NCBI GenBank assembly: GCA_951406725.2
Contig: OX597835.1
Location: 14,942,001 to 15,006,000 of the forward strand
Length of the DNA: 64,000 nt
From: Octopus vulgaris
Taxonomy: Eukaryota
Reading direction: 5' to 3'
This document shows positions 37,989 through 52,247 of this stretch, piece after piece; the stretch's first letter is position 1; each line of letters begins with the position of its first letter. The notes below the pieces were generated by a model, which was given only the letters and a program-made list of their open reading frames with translations, ran no database searches and was not told the DNA's origin. The position numbers and the translations under genes were made by a program.

Positions 37989-38905
37989 TGTGTGTGTGCT
38001 GCTGTCATAAGTTTAGAAACTTCCACGTTCAAATCTCGCAGAAGTCAACGTCGTCTTTCATCCTTTCGGAGTCGATAAAATAAAATGCCTGTCATGTACT
38101 GGGGTCGATGGTATGGGTCAAGACCGTCCTCTCAAAACCATTGATCTGGTCTTGTGCCTAAACCACAAACCATTATTCTATCAACGTTACTTTGCCAATG
38201 TTTTCTTTTACATTCTCCGCAGACTAATTCCATGATTACCAATTCTTTTGTTTTATCCAAACATTTTGTTTTATTTTCCAGTTACTAAATTATCTTTTTC
38301 TAGTCTTTATTCTTTTGTAATTTTATACGAATTCTTTGATTTTTCTGTTGTTAGGTTTTCGCTTTTATATTTTTGTTTGTTTTGTTTTGTTTTTTTTTGT
38401 TTTTGCTACTTTTGATCTGCTTGATAAATTATTATTTTTTTTTTTTAATTTTCCGTCCAATCTTCTTGTCAAGTCTAAAAAATATTGATTCTCCATTTAA
38501 CTGATTTATGTAGCCGCTTTGTATTCTTCCCCATCATCGTTTTTTTAGTGTATAAAATTCTGATTTTCTGTCGTTCTTTTACTTAGATTGGCAATCTCAG
38601 AAAGGAAAGTTTCTCACCTTAAATGATGCCATTAATATTGTTAACATTACTTCTTCGTTTTGATTAGCACATCCACCGATTATACACTGCGGCGGCAGCA
38701 GCCCACTCTCTTTCTGAACCACATAAACTAACCGAAGTTTCTTCTGCTTTTGTCTCAGTAAATTATTTAAACTTATTTCAAAAACAGAAGAAGGGGAAAA
38801 AAAAAAAATCACTTTTTCGTCTCGATACAATTTGTTGCAGCTAAAACGGTGTGGAAATATGGAGTTGATCAATTCTACACGAGTAGAAGAATATTTTATC
38901 CGGTG

Positions 38906-38944
<39 letters not shown>

Positions 38945-39143
38945 TTCATTTTATTTATTTATTTATTCGTTTGCTTTAGGTTTTGTAGTTTTTTTGTTTT
39001 TTTTTTTTTTGCAAGTAGAAGTCTTCGGGAAAAAAATGTGTGTGTATGTGTGTGCAGTGCTCTGTGTGTGTGTGTGTGTGTTTAGTGCTCTGTGTGTGTG
39101 TGTGTGTGTGTATGTGCAGTGCTCTGTGTGTGTGTGTGCAGTG

Positions 39144-39182
<39 letters not shown>

Positions 39183-39234
39183 AACACATACACACACACA
39201 TTATATATATATTCTTTTTTCTTTTCTTTATTCT

Positions 39235-39410
39235 TTTTATTCGTTTCAGGCATTTTGACTGCGGCCATGCTGGAGCTCCCCTTTCGTCGAGCAAATCGAC
39301 CCAAGGACTTATTCTTTATAAATATAGCACTTATTCTATCCGTCTCCTATGCCGAACCGCTAAGTTACGGGGATGTAAACACACCAGCATCGATGTCAAG
39401 CGATGTTGGA

Positions 39411-39449
<39 letters not shown>

Positions 39450-39582
39450 CGACGGGCTTTCAGTTTCCGTCCACCAAATCCACTCACAGTATAGTAGAAG
39501 ACACTTGCCCAAGTTGCCACGCAGTGGGACTGAACCCTGAACCTTGTGGCTGGTTAGCAAGCTACTTACCACACAACCACTC
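39235..39582 (-). mobile_element. SINE family A, head abutted by a SINE C copy
   Basis: Family A sequence. Confidence 0.8.
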
Positions 39583-39584
39583 CG

Positions 39585-39923
39585 GCACTGTCAGTTACGA
39601 CGACGAGGGTTCCAGTTGCTCGTGAAATTAGCGTGTGAGTGGTTGAGCACTCCACAGACACGTGTACCCTTAACGAAGTTCTCGGGGAGATTCAGCGTGA
39701 CACAGAGTGTAACAAGGCCGGCTCTTTGAAATACAGGTACAACAGAAGCAGGAAGAAGGAGTGAGAGAAAGTTGTGGTGAAGGAGTACAGCAGGGTTTGC
39801 CATCACCCCCTGCCGGCGCCTCGTGGAATTTTAGGTGTTTTCGCCCAATAAACATTCACAACGCCCGGTCTGGGAATCGAAACCGCGAGTCCGCTGCCTT
39901 AACCACTGGGCCATTGCGCCTCC
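39585..39923 (-). mobile_element. SINE family C with small deletions
   Basis: Family C sequence. Confidence 0.85.
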
Positions 39924-39974
39924 ACACACACATCATATATATATATATATATATATATATCTTTTCTCTTGCTC

Positions 39975-40162
39975 TCTTTTACTTGTTTCAGTCATTTGAC
40001 TGCGGCCATGCTGGTGCACCGCCTTTAGTCGAGCAACTCGTAAGCCCAGTACTTATTCTATCGGTCTCTTTTGCCGAACCGCTAAGTTACGGAGACATAA
40101 ACACACCAGCATCAGTTGTCAAGCAATGCTAGGGGGACAAACACAGACACACAAACACATAC

Positions 40163-40208
<46 letters not shown>

Positions 40209-40368
40209 GACAGGCTTCTTTCAGTTTTCGTCTACCAAATCCACTCACAAGGCTTTGGTCGGCCCGAGGCTATAGCAGAAGACACTTGCCCAAGATGCCA
40301 CGCAGTGGGACTGAACCCGGAACCATGTGGTTGGTTAGCAAGCTACTTACCACACAGCCACTCCTGCG
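39975..40368 (-). mobile_element. SINE family A
   Basis: Family A sequence, near full length. Confidence 0.9.
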
Positions 40369-41136
40369 ATGCACACATACATACAGATATATAATTGAGT
40401 GTGTGTGTACGCACACGTCATGTCAGATACTCTTTACCAGAAAAAGTAACGATGTGGAGAATATAAGTAGACGGACAATAAAATGCTTACCAGTCAATAA
40501 GACGAAAATTTGATTACGTATATATATATATATATATATATATAAATATTCTTTATCTGATGCTACGATTTTCTATATATACCGGTTGAATGGTAACGTA
40601 TGTTATTATGTACATTTTGTGTCACATAGTGTGAATAAATCTTATGAATTTGTCGAAGATTTCCTAATCTTTTTGAATACTTTTTGTTAACAAAAGAGAA
40701 TTGCATCTGTATAACTGTGTGTCAGTTTGTACATATGTCCGTATTATAAATTCATTATATTGTTTTCATGTGTTAGAACACGTCTAAACTTAACTAGAAG
40801 ACTGATATTATTGTGTGATAATGAATTATAATGATTAGAAATAGCACTTCTGTGAAACCAAATCTACTAATTAATAATGAAGACAATAAAAATCATGCTG
40901 CTAATTATAATCGAAGTTGTGTTTTGATGTCGTCTTCTTCGAACGTCTGCAACCGAGATGGCGTCAGACAAGGCTACGTCATATACATCTGTCCGTCGTT
41001 AGTTTTCTTAGATCTTCAAGTTTGTGATTTGTGTCTCCATCTACTTCATCAACGTAGTGTAGTCGAGAGATTCCGTCCTCTATGAAGCTGCGGAAGTCGC
41101 CAACAAACATATTACGTAGTTGCTGTTGTTATGATT

Positions 41137-41766
41137 GGAAGCACTCCGTCGGTTACGACGACGAGGGTTCCGGTTGATCCGAATCAACGGAACAGCCTGC
41201 TCGTGAAATTAACGTGTAAGTGGCTGAGCACTCCACAGACACGTGTACCCTTAACGTAGTTCTCGGGGATATTCAGCGTGACACAGAGAGTGACAAGGCC
41301 GGCCCTTTGAAATACAGGTACAACAGAAACAGGAAGTAAGAGTGAGAGAAAGTTGTGGTGAAAGAGTACAGCAGGGATCACCACCATCCCCTGTCGGAGC
41401 CTCGTGGAGCTTTAGGTGTTTTCGCTCAATAAACACTCACAACGCCCGGTGAAATTAACGTGTAAGTGGCTGAGCACTTCACAGACACGTGTACCCTTAA
41501 CGTAGTTCTCGGGGATATTCAGCGTGACACAGAGAGTGACAAGGCCGGCCCTTTGAAATACAGGTACAACAGAAACAGGAAGTAAGAGTGAGAGAAAGTT
41601 GTGGTGAAAGAGTACAGCAGGGATCACCACCATCCCCTGTCGGAGCCTCGTGGAGCTTTTAGGTGTTTTCGCTCAATAAACACTCACAACGCCCGGTCTG
41701 GGAATCGAAACCGCGATCCTATGACCACGAGTCCGCTGCCCTAACCACTGGGCCATTGCGCCTCCA
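41137..41766 (-). mobile_element. SINE family C with ~246-bp internal tandem duplication, 14-bp TSD
   Basis: CTGTTGTTATGATT at 41123-41136 and 41767-41780; body repeated from ~41449. Confidence 0.92.
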
Positions 41767-42774
41767 CTGTTGTTATGATTAAAAGATATTGCGACAGTAA
41801 AGATACTGCGAATTTTTATTCAGACATTTCGGGAAGTAGATGTAAAACAAACATTAAAATCACTTGAAAAGCTGATTCTAAAACATTAATAATTGCGAGT
41901 AATAAGTGCGAAAAAGACTTCAGAAAGTAGCAAGTGTATTGTCGGAACTGACTTGAAGTTCTGTTGGGTGTTACCCATATTCAAACAATGATAAACAGAT
42001 TTCTAAAATAAGCAGAAAATGAGGTCAGCCATTCTTCTGCTTTACATATTCTGGTTCCAGAAGATAATAAACAACTTGTTCTGATTTTTCTGATAGTTCA
42101 AGTATTCGAATGTCACGTGATCGTCATTAAAATAAAATCCTTTTAGATTAAGGACAAGAAATAGATTATTTGATCCTGAGTATTAACGGAATTTAGTTTC
42201 AGAACAGGATAATGGTGACCGACAACAATATATCTTCGTTTCTGTTCCTCTTTCATTTCACACGAACAAAGCTTCTGAAGAAGGCATAAAAATCCCTTAA
42301 AGCCTCACTTTCCCTCTTTGCAAATCTTCGATGTAGCGATGCCATAAATCAAAATAAGTAAATATTTATGTTACCCCCACCCCCTTCCCCCTCCATCTTC
42401 GTTTGACAGAAACAGGAAGTTACTATTCTTTTAAGTTGAAAGTCGAGAGATAGAGAAGGTGCTTAAAAAAGAAGAGAGGAGAAATTGAAGAAAAGCGTCT
42501 TCGACGAAAAAAACATCTCGAGAAACATATTAAATCAAATCGGGATAAGACTCAAGACTAGCACCATTCTGCCACACAGGCGCTCATCCATATTCTCACG
42601 AGATTAGCGGATGACCCCACACACATACACACAGAGAGGAAAGAAAAGAGGGGAAAGAAAGAGAATAGTGACTAAGTCGTCATTTTTGTCTATCAACAGC
42701 GATGAGGACTTAGCAGAAACGGTTTAACGCCCGAGAAAATGTCACACGTTATTTTAAACCCTTCTACATTTTAT

Positions 42775-43198
42775 ACTCTTTACTCTTTACTCTTTTACTT
42801 GTTTCAGTCATTTGACTGCGGCCATGCTGGAGCACTGTTTTTAGTCGTGCAAATCGACCCCGGGACTTATTCTTTGTAAGCCCAGTACTTATTCTATCGG
42901 TCTCTTTTGCCGAACCGCTAAGTAACGGGGACGTAAACACACCAGCATCGGTTGTCAAGCAATGCTAGGGGGACAAACACAGACACACAAACATATACAC
43001 ACACACTTATATATATATATATATATACATATATACGACAGGCTTCTTTCAGTTTCCGTCTACCAAATCCACTCACAAGGCATTGGTCGGCCCGGGGCTA
43101 TAGCAGAAGACACTTGCCCAAGATGCCACGCAGTGGGACTGAACCCGGAACCATGTGGTTGGTTAGCAAGCTACTTACCACACATCCACTCCTGCGCC
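42775..43198 (-). mobile_element. SINE family A, full length
   Basis: Family A head to repeated GAGTAAA(A) tail. Confidence 0.9.
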
Positions 43199-43409
43199 TA
43201 TGTTTACGTTAAAAATCTCTTTACAATTAACTGTTTTACCCATCCGAGGACGAAGAAACAAGTACGGAGCATGCGTACGAAGGTCTCTTCAAACAATTCA
43301 ACCTTTCCATTACACATTGGTACAAGATCGTAAAATTTAAGAAATCATTAATATAAAACAAGTGAAAGCTAATGGCGCTGTGAATGCGAGTATCCGTCCA
43401 TGTTCTCTG

Positions 43410-43672
43410 TTTACTAGTCGTGGCGTGGGGTCATGGGAGTAGATTCCTCCTTAGGCACTTCCGCTGTAGGGTCCTAACAGAAGAAACTATTGTTAAATTT
43501 TGCGGTTGGATTTCAAAGCGTGACCAAGTGAGACTATGGATACTCTGCAACCGTTTCGTCCTTGGTCTGCTCGTGGGTCTCCTGCCGGTTGGCTTGGTTT
43601 GAAGAATCTATTCTGCGACATTCCACGAGCCACGAGCCCCTAATGCGGGAGAGGTAGCTGCTTGACCTGGAC
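43410..43672 (-). mobile_element. Degenerate RTE (Expander/Rex3-like) LINE 3' end
   Basis: Minus-strand translation ILQTKPTGRRPTSRPRTKRLQSIHSLTWSRFEIQPQNL resembles the RTE PxGxRPxGRPRxRW...LxWxRLxI C-terminus. Confidence 0.6.
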
Positions 43673-43682
43673 AGGTATCGAA

Positions 43683-43911
43683 GAAGGCGGAGAGCTGGCA
43701 GAAACGTTAGCACGCCGGGCGAAGTGCTTAGCGGTATTTCGTCTGTCTTTACGTTCTGAGTTCAAAATCCGCTGAGGTCAACTTCGCCTTTCATCCTTTC
43801 GGGGTCGATAAATTAAGTACCAGTTACGCACTGGGGTCGATGTAATCGACTTAATCCGTTTGTCCTTGTTTGTCCTCTCTGTGTTTAGCCCCTTGTGGGT
43901 AGTAAAGAAAT
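43683..43911 (+). mobile_element. SINE family B monomer with 10-bp TSD
   Basis: AGGTATCGAA at 43673-43682 and 43912-43921. Confidence 0.9.
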
Positions 43912-44690
43912 AGGTATCGAATGCCTTAAACATTAATTGAATCTTGGTAAAATCAAAATGACCACTTGCAATAGAACCAAGTAAAACAAGTTGAGAACAG
44001 ACAAACAGACAGATTCTCTGAAGTTGATTGTCGGGTAGTCTTTCTCTACAATTCATTAACACTTTCTATCTCTCCTTATCCCCATCCTCCTCCTCTTCCA
44101 CCATCACCTCCTTCTTTTTCCTCATTCATTTCAAGTTCTGCTACAGATATTTCGTTACAGCCATCTTTCTGAAATACTAATACTACAACTGCTTAACTGC
44201 TCTTCCCGCCATTTTACTACTACATCTCGGTTCCAAGAGATATTACTATTGTCTAGTTTTGGCAAAATAACAACAACAGAATGTAAAACAAAGAGAAGTT
44301 GCTGGCTAAGTGTTAGTTTATTGGTTATGTTTCATCGTTATTCGCTCCACCACATTGTGGGAGAAAGTGGTAAGACAGCCAGAGGCAGAGAAAGATGGAA
44401 GTAGAGAATAAGGTGAACAACCAAAATATATCATGTTGCTTGCAGAAGTTTTTTTGTTTTTTCTTTGGTTTATTTCATGCTAATGTTTTTAGAGCTGAAA
44501 GTCCTTCAGCGCTCTTAACGATGACATATAGCTTAGATATTGAAATATTTTGACAAGCAAATATTTTAGAAACAGAGAGAGAGAGAGAGAGGGGGGAGAG
44601 GGCTACGTCGGTATTTTACCAAGTTTTGAATAGTTTCCAGATATTTTAGAGTTAGATCAATTAGGAATTATAAATTTATAATACAGAATA

Positions 44691-45381
44691 GGCGCAAGAG
44701 TGGCTGTGTGGTAAGTAACTTGCTAACCAACCACATGGTTCCGAGTTCAGTCCCACTGCGTGGCACCTTGGGCAAGTGTCTTCTGCTATAGCCCCGGGCT
44801 GACCAATGCCTTGTGAGTGGATTTGGTAGACGGAAACTGAAATAAGCCTGTCGTATATATGTATATATATGTATAAGTGTTTGTGTGTCTGTGTTTGTCC
44901 CCCTAGCATTGCTTGACAACCGATGCTGTTATGTTTACGTCCCCGTCACTTAGCGGTTCAGCAAAAAGATACCGATAGAATAAGTACTGGGCTTACAAAG
45001 AATAAGTTCCGGGGTCGATTTGCTCGACTAAAGGCGGTGCTCCAGCATGGCCGCAGTCAAATGACTGAAACAAGTAAAAGAGTAAAGAGAGAATATGTAA
45101 ATAAATTTGCTAAACGGCAGAGTCTTTCGTCTGTTTGTTTTACGTCCGTTTCTTTTTTTCTTTCCATACTTTCATGGGCTGGCCTAATATATTTCAAACA
45201 ATGTTTTGCAACTGGATGTCCTCCGAAGGTACGAAGGTGCAGGTGTAGCTGCGTAGTAAATAATTTGCTTACCAACCATGTGGTTCCGGGTTCCCACCCA
45301 CTGCCGTTGCACCCTGGAATAAGTGTCTTCTACTATAGCCTCCTTGTGGGCGGATTTGGTGGACAGAAGTTGAAAGAAGCC

Positions 45382-45480
<99 letters not shown>

Positions 45481-45950
45481 CCACACAACCACTTTGGGAC
45501 TATGTCCCGTAATATAGCAGTTCCGCAAAAGAAACTGATAAAATAAGTACAAGTACTTAAAGGAAAATTCAGCTATGTGGTAAGTAGCTTTCTAACCAAC
45601 CACATGGTTCCGTGTTCAGTCCTACAGTGTGGCACCTTGGGCAAGTGTCTTCTACTATAGCCTCGAGCCGACCAAAGCCTTGTGAGTGGATTTGGTAGAT
45701 AGAAACTGAAAGCCCATCGTGTGTGTATATGTATATATGTGTGTGTGTTTGTTTGTGTGTCTGTTTATATCCTCACCATCGCTTGACAACCGACGCTGGT
45801 GTGTTTACGTCCCCGTAACTTAGCGGTTTGACAAAAGCGACCGATAGAATAAGTACTAGGCTTACAAAGAATAAGTCCTGGGGTCGATTTGCTCGACTAA
45901 AGGTGATGCTCCAGCATGGCCACAGTCAAATGACTGAAACAAAAGAATAG
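44691..45950 (+). mobile_element. Cluster of three SINE A copies (44691-45090, ~45235-45555 diverged, ~45570-45950)
   Basis: Three same-orientation family A heads and bodies. Confidence 0.8.
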
Positions 45951-46502
45951 AAGGAAAGAAAAAGAAAAACTGAAGTCGATGTGTTCGTCTCAAAACCTTC
46001 TAGGCAGTGCCACAGCATGGCCGCAATCTGAATGCCTGAAACAAGATTAAACTTTGCAGATTTGTTTTCACAGGAAAAACTGACAACAACGCCGACCGCT
46101 GCACATTTCTGCAAACGATTGCAGATGTAGACACGCGTACATACGCATTTCTCTCTCTCCCTCCATACACACTCAAATACAATCACACTTTACGGCCTTT
46201 TGTCCGTTTCCTTTTAACCAAACTGACACACCAGATCCTGGTCGGTCCGACGGCATAACAGAAGAAGCTCACCTAAGGGAATGAACTCAAAACCACGTTC
46301 CTGGAAAGTAAACTGCAACTACACTGTCATATCTGCGTTTGCGTGCATACAGTTCTCTCTCCTAAACACATACACATATATATAATGCAGACGAGTACCA
46401 ACCGCCCAATGTGACAGGATTGATAATTGCTGAGAATTCTCGGTATAAAACCAATGGTAGCTTTGTTAACCCACAAATTATACATATATATATATAATAT
46501 AT

Positions 46503-46547
<45 letters not shown>

Positions 46548-46549
<2 letters not shown>

Positions 46550-46952
46550 GTGGCTGTGTGGTAAGTAGCTTGCTAACCAACCACATGGTTCCGGGTTCAG
46601 TCCCACTGCGTGGCATCTTGGGCAAGTGTCTTCTGCTATAGCCCCGGGCCGACCAATGCCTTGTGAGTGGATTTGGTAGACGGAAACTGAAAGAAGCCTG
46701 TCGTATATATGTATATATATATATGTGTGTGTTTGTGTGCCTGTGTTTGTCCCCCTAGCATCGCTTGACAACCGATGCTGGTGTGTTTACGTCCCCGTTA
46801 CTTAGCGGTTCGGCAAAAAAGAGACCGATAGAATAAGTACTGGGCTTACAAAGAATAAGTCCCGGGGTCGAGTTGCTCGATTAAAGGCGGTGCTCCAGCA
46901 TGGCCGCAGTCAAATGACTGAAACAAGTAAAAGAGTAAAAGAGTAAAAGAGT
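46548..46952 (+). mobile_element. SINE family A within (TA)n
   Basis: Family A sequence with (GAGTAAAA)n tail. Confidence 0.9.
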
Positions 46953-47685
46953 ATATATATATATGTATATATATACACACACACAAAATGGAACAAGAAT
47001 GCAAAATATCCAGACAGGTGATACAAGAAAGGGACAACAAAACATTCAGATAGACGATACAAAGAAAACAAGGACGGGTCATTCGGAGTTTTTTTTCCTC
47101 AGTCGTGTTCCAGATTATCTTTGCAATTTCGGCTGGTTATACTCAAGATTACTCCAATCTGGCCAGCCCCAAGGAAAAAAACTAAGCTAAGAGCATTAGA
47201 TTCCTTGGAAGACAGCAGCGAATGTATACGAAAACAAGGACGGGGAAAAAAAACAGAGAAGGTTACACAAATACAAATAATAGAACATAACAACAGGTGT
47301 CTTTCGACTAAGGACGAATTAAATTAAGCTAAATTAAAAAAAAGTAAAGAAAATTTCTCCTTCGAATTAAAACAAAATGTCTTGAACGGATTAGTGGTTA
47401 TCTGCATTGACAACTATCACTTGAATATCATGAAATAGAATAAATTAGTTCAGAAGAAAGTTAATAAGTTTCTATTTCTAACCAATCATAATTGCAAAAT
47501 TATTATCTCACAGTAGCTGTATATTCATCGTTTTTAATCAACAATTTTATGGCCGTTTACTAATTAGAGTTGGATGTTTGTGGCTTCTAAATAGCTACTT
47601 TGTTTTCCAATTAACTTTGATATAATGCAGTTTTGTTGAGCAAACATTGTGAATAAAAAGAGAAACAACCGTTTGGAAAAAAAAC

Positions 47686-47753
<68 letters not shown>

Positions 47754-47857
47754 ATGTAAACAGATGCGACTGTATGGTTAAGAAACTCGCTTTTTAACCA
47801 TGTGGTTTCGGGTTCAGCTCCACGACACGGCAGCGATGAAGAGCCGGGTTGGGCTCA

Positions 47858-48013
47858 GGCGTGACTGTGTGGTAAGAAGCTTGCTTCCCAACTACATGGT
47901 TCTGGGTCTAGTCCCACTGCGTGAGACCTTGGGCAAGTGTGTTTTACAGCAGCATAGGGCAGGCGAAAATATTGCGAGTAGATTTGGTAAACGGAAACTG
48001 AAAGAAGCCCGTC

Positions 48014-48052
<39 letters not shown>

Positions 48053-49340
48053 ATAAATATATATATATAAATATATATGTGAGTGTGTGTGTGTGTATGG
48101 CTAATATCTATGTGTGTGTCACTTTGCGTCTGTGTTTGCCCCCTCCCCTCCATCACTGCTTGACAAACGGTGTCGGTGTGAGTATGTCTTCGTAACTTTG
48201 CGGATCAGCAAGCGACGGACTGAATAAGTACTAGGCTTTAAAAAATAAGTCCTGGGGTCAATTTGTTCGACTGAAACCCTTCAAAGCGGTGCTCCAGCAT
48301 GGCGGCAGTCAAATGACTGAAACAGATTTGTTGATTTGTTTACATGCCCCGATAGAATTTGTTCGACTAAATCCTTAAAGGCGGAACCCCACCATGATCG
48401 TTGTCCAATGACTAAAACAAATGAAAAACAAGAAACAAAAAAGGGACAAAAAGGCAATCCTAGACGAAGATAAATCGGTTTCCGAAGACAATCAATGACT
48501 AAAGCATCATTAATAGATCGATATGTAAAATCGTGTGTTATTGTTTCTAATTTATTCTTGACCATCCTGTGGCACGCATTTTCCAGCTCTTTGGTGATTT
48601 ACATTCTTTCATTGCAGCAGAGCGGAAGTAGTTGTGTAAGATGGAAAGGGGGTACCATGAGAGACCCCCCACCACCACCTTTCGTGGGGTTTTCTTACAG
48701 TACAACTGACTCCAAAAGAAAGAGGAAGAGAGAAAAATTAATCGAACGATATACTTGACTGATCCTTTGTTTGTTGAGGTAGGGGTTATTTACCGACCCC
48801 TAAAAGAAGGAATAGATAAAATTTGACCGCGATGGAACTTGATCTAAGAACACAAAGAGCCAGAACTGGAACCGCTATCGAAATGCGTTTTGACCGACGA
48901 GCTAACGATTTTGCCAATCGACCTACCGCCGTTCGAAACCCACTAATATGCTTAAAATATCACATCTTGCAGCAAAATAGACGCAGAAGTGGCTGTGTGG
49001 TAAGTAGCTTGCTTACCAACCACATGGTTCTGGGTTCAGTCCTACTGCGTGACACCTTGGCCAAGTGTCTTCTACTATAGCCTCGGGCAGACCAAAAGCC
49101 TTCTGAGTGGATTTGGTAGACGGAAACTGATAGGAGCCCGTGTGTGTGTGTGTGTGTGTGTCCACCATCGTTTGACAACCGATGCTGTTGTGTTTACGTC
49201 CTCGTAACTTAGCGATTCGGCAAAAGACACCGATAGAATAAGTACGGAGCTTACAAAGAATAAGTCATGGGGTCGATTTGTCCGACTAAATGCTGTGCTC
49301 CAGCATGGCCGCGATCAAATGACAGAAACAAAAGAATAAA
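47858..49340 (+). mobile_element. Two SINE A copies (47858-48323 older; 48980-49340) plus fragments
   Basis: Family A sequence. Confidence 0.75.
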
Positions 49341-49616
49341 ATAATTTGGACAACCAGAGTTGGCCTTTTTACGACCCCCGTTATTTAGCGGTTTGCCGAA
49401 AGAGATCGATAGAGTAAGAACCAGGCTTTAAGTACTTGGGTTGATTTATTCGACAAAAACCCTCCAGGACGGTTTCCCTGAATGACCACAGTCTAATGAC
49501 CGACACACAAAATAAATTATACAAATGAAACATCTATTGTTTTCGCTCTGCCTCTTTCTCTCTCACACAAACACAGACACAATTTCTATCGTTTAATCAT
49601 TGCCTCTACTATAGGC

Positions 49617-50474
49617 ACAAGGCCTGCCTGGAATTTGGTGAGGGGGCGAAAGTCGACTCTGGTACTTAATCAGGCCCGAAAGTTGAAAGTTTCAAAAAAA
49701 ATTTATTTCGGCGGAATTTGAACTCAGAACATAACCGGAAGAAAGCATTTTGTCCGGCGTGCTAACGACCTTGCCAGCTTGCAGCCTAATAATAATGGCG
49801 CATATAAAAGGAGAAAGTATAATGATAACGGCAACAAGGCCTGGAATTTGGTGAGAGGGCGAAAGTCGATTCTGGTACTTAATCAGCCCCGAAAGTTGAA
49901 AGTTTCAAAAAAATCCATCTCGGCGGAATTTGAACTCAGAACATAACCGGAAGAAAGCATTTTGTCCGGCGTGCTAACGACCTTGCCAGCTTGCAGCCTA
50001 ATAATAATGGCGCATATAAAAGGAGAAAGTATAATGATAACGGCAACAAGGCCTGGAATTTGGTGAGAGGGCGAAAGTCGATTCTGGTACTTAATCAGCC
50101 CCGAAAGTTGAAAGTTTTAGAAAAATTTATCTCGGCGGAATTTGAACTCAGAACATAACCGGAAGAAAGCATTTTGTCCGGCGTGCTAACGACCTTGCCA
50201 GCTTGCAGCCTAATAATAATGGCGCATATAAAAGGAGAAAGTATAATGATAACGGCAACAAGGCCTGGAATTTGGTGAGAGGGCGAAAGTCGATTCTGGT
50301 ACTTAATCAGCCCCGAAAGTTGAAAGTTTTAGAAAAATTTATCTCGGCGGAATTTGAACTCAGAACATAACCGGAAGAAAGCATTTTGTCCGGCGTGCTA
50401 ACGACCTTGCCAGCTTGCAGCCTAATAATAATGGCGCATATAAAAGGAGAAAGTATAATGACAATGGCAACAAG
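49617..50474 (-). repeat. Four-copy 212-bp tandem repeat built from a diverged SINE B plus ~50 bp of flank
   Basis: AAGGCCTGG recurs at 49836, 50048 and 50260; units are near identical. Confidence 0.95.
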
Positions 50475-50831
50475 ACCAGAGCCAATAACGAACGCAGAAC
50501 AATAAAAGTCCCCGGATTAAACGCTACACATGAGTCACGTGCCTAAAATATAGATTCTTCCCATAATAAAGAAATATTGGAAGAGGCATGGAATTATTAA
50601 TCCAGAAATACAAAGACTTTTCTTTTTTCTGTATTCTACGGATACGAAGGGAACGTTTGATTTCGCGATCTTGCTCAATATTCAGTCACTCTGATATCAT
50701 AATATCACACGACCAACATGCTCATCATTATATTTATCATTATCCTCATCATCCACATCATCATCATCATCATCGTCATCACCAATACTATCGTTATGTT
50801 CAAAAGCGACACCACCGGCGGCGCCACCATC

Positions 50832-51200
50832 CCATACCTGCTTAACTAGCTGCCATTGTCAACGGCGCAGCAATGTCCTCCATTTATTTCCATCAGCAAC
50901 AAAAATTTACCACACACACAATTCTTTTCCACCACAAACAACAAAAATCAAGTCGATAATAAAATTGCCTTTCGGCATTTAAATGAAAATAATAAAAAAC
51001 TAACTTTACTCTTTCTCTCTCTCCGCCCCTCATTCTCCCCTCCTCCTCCTCTCACTCTCACTCTCACTCACACATCTTTCTACTTTTCCATTTTGCCGAA
51101 TCGCTTATCTCCCTTTCTTTTCTCCCCCCCCCCACTCTCCATTGTTTTGTTGTTGTTGTTTTTTCCCCCTTTGCTTGCCGTTCAGAATCTGTACAAGTCT
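50832..51200 (-). other. Possible upstream non-coding exon (3' part and donor; 5' boundary unknown)
   Basis: CAG|GTATGG donor at 50838/50837 on the minus strand, inside a ~1.2 kb island free of recognisable SINEs (50480-51730). Same strand as tincar-like. Confidence 0.22.
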
Positions 51201-51733
51201 GCGAGGCAATTATAGCATAAATGACATAGACTACAAAGAATATTATTATTTCTTATATTGTTTGTCATTATATATTGCAGTTGTTGCTTCTGGTGCTATA
51301 TTTTAGCACTCTTCTGTCATTTACCAATATCCTTCTCTCTCTCTTTCTCTCCTTTTTCCTCTCCTCCTTTCTCCTCTCGCTCTCTCCCATCTCACACAAA
51401 CACACATAACCAACGCCTTGTACATACAAAACTAAAACTACAAAAACACACACACATACATACATACATAGCATTATTAAAAGTCTTCGAAAGAAGAAGA
51501 GAAGGCAATTTAAAACTACAATGCATTTCTGGAAATACATTTTCTGAAAAGACATCAGAAACGTAATAAATTAGACAAAGATTAAGAATAAAGGAGCGGG
51601 GATGGGGGGGGGAGAAGGAGGTGGTAGTGGTGTTGGTGGTGGTCATAAACTGGAGATTCCAATGAATTCACCGATTTACTGGCATCATCAATCGATATTT
51701 TGCTACTGGTCGCTGTCTTCGATTGCTTACATC

Positions 51734-51788
<55 letters not shown>

Positions 51789-51943
51789 GTGTGTCTTTAT
51801 CGCTGTTGATGCTCAAGTCGTTATATCCATCGCTTTGTTTGTATGTCCACGATTATGGCCGTCTTTCTTTGCTATTTTGTACATCATTTTATCCACATAC
51901 ACACACGTATATACATGTGTATGCGTGAGTGTGTTCGTGTGCG

Positions 51944-51955
51944 TATATACATATA

Positions 51956-51987
<32 letters not shown>

Positions 51988-51992
51988 CATAC

Positions 51993-52030
<38 letters not shown>

Positions 52031-52216
52031 ATACATACATATATATATATACATACATATATATATATATATACATACATACATATATATATACATATAT
52101 ATATACATACATATATATATATATACATACATATATATACATATATATACATACATATATATATATATACATACATATATATATATATATATATACATAC
52201 ATATATATATATATAT

Positions 52217-52247
<31 letters not shown>

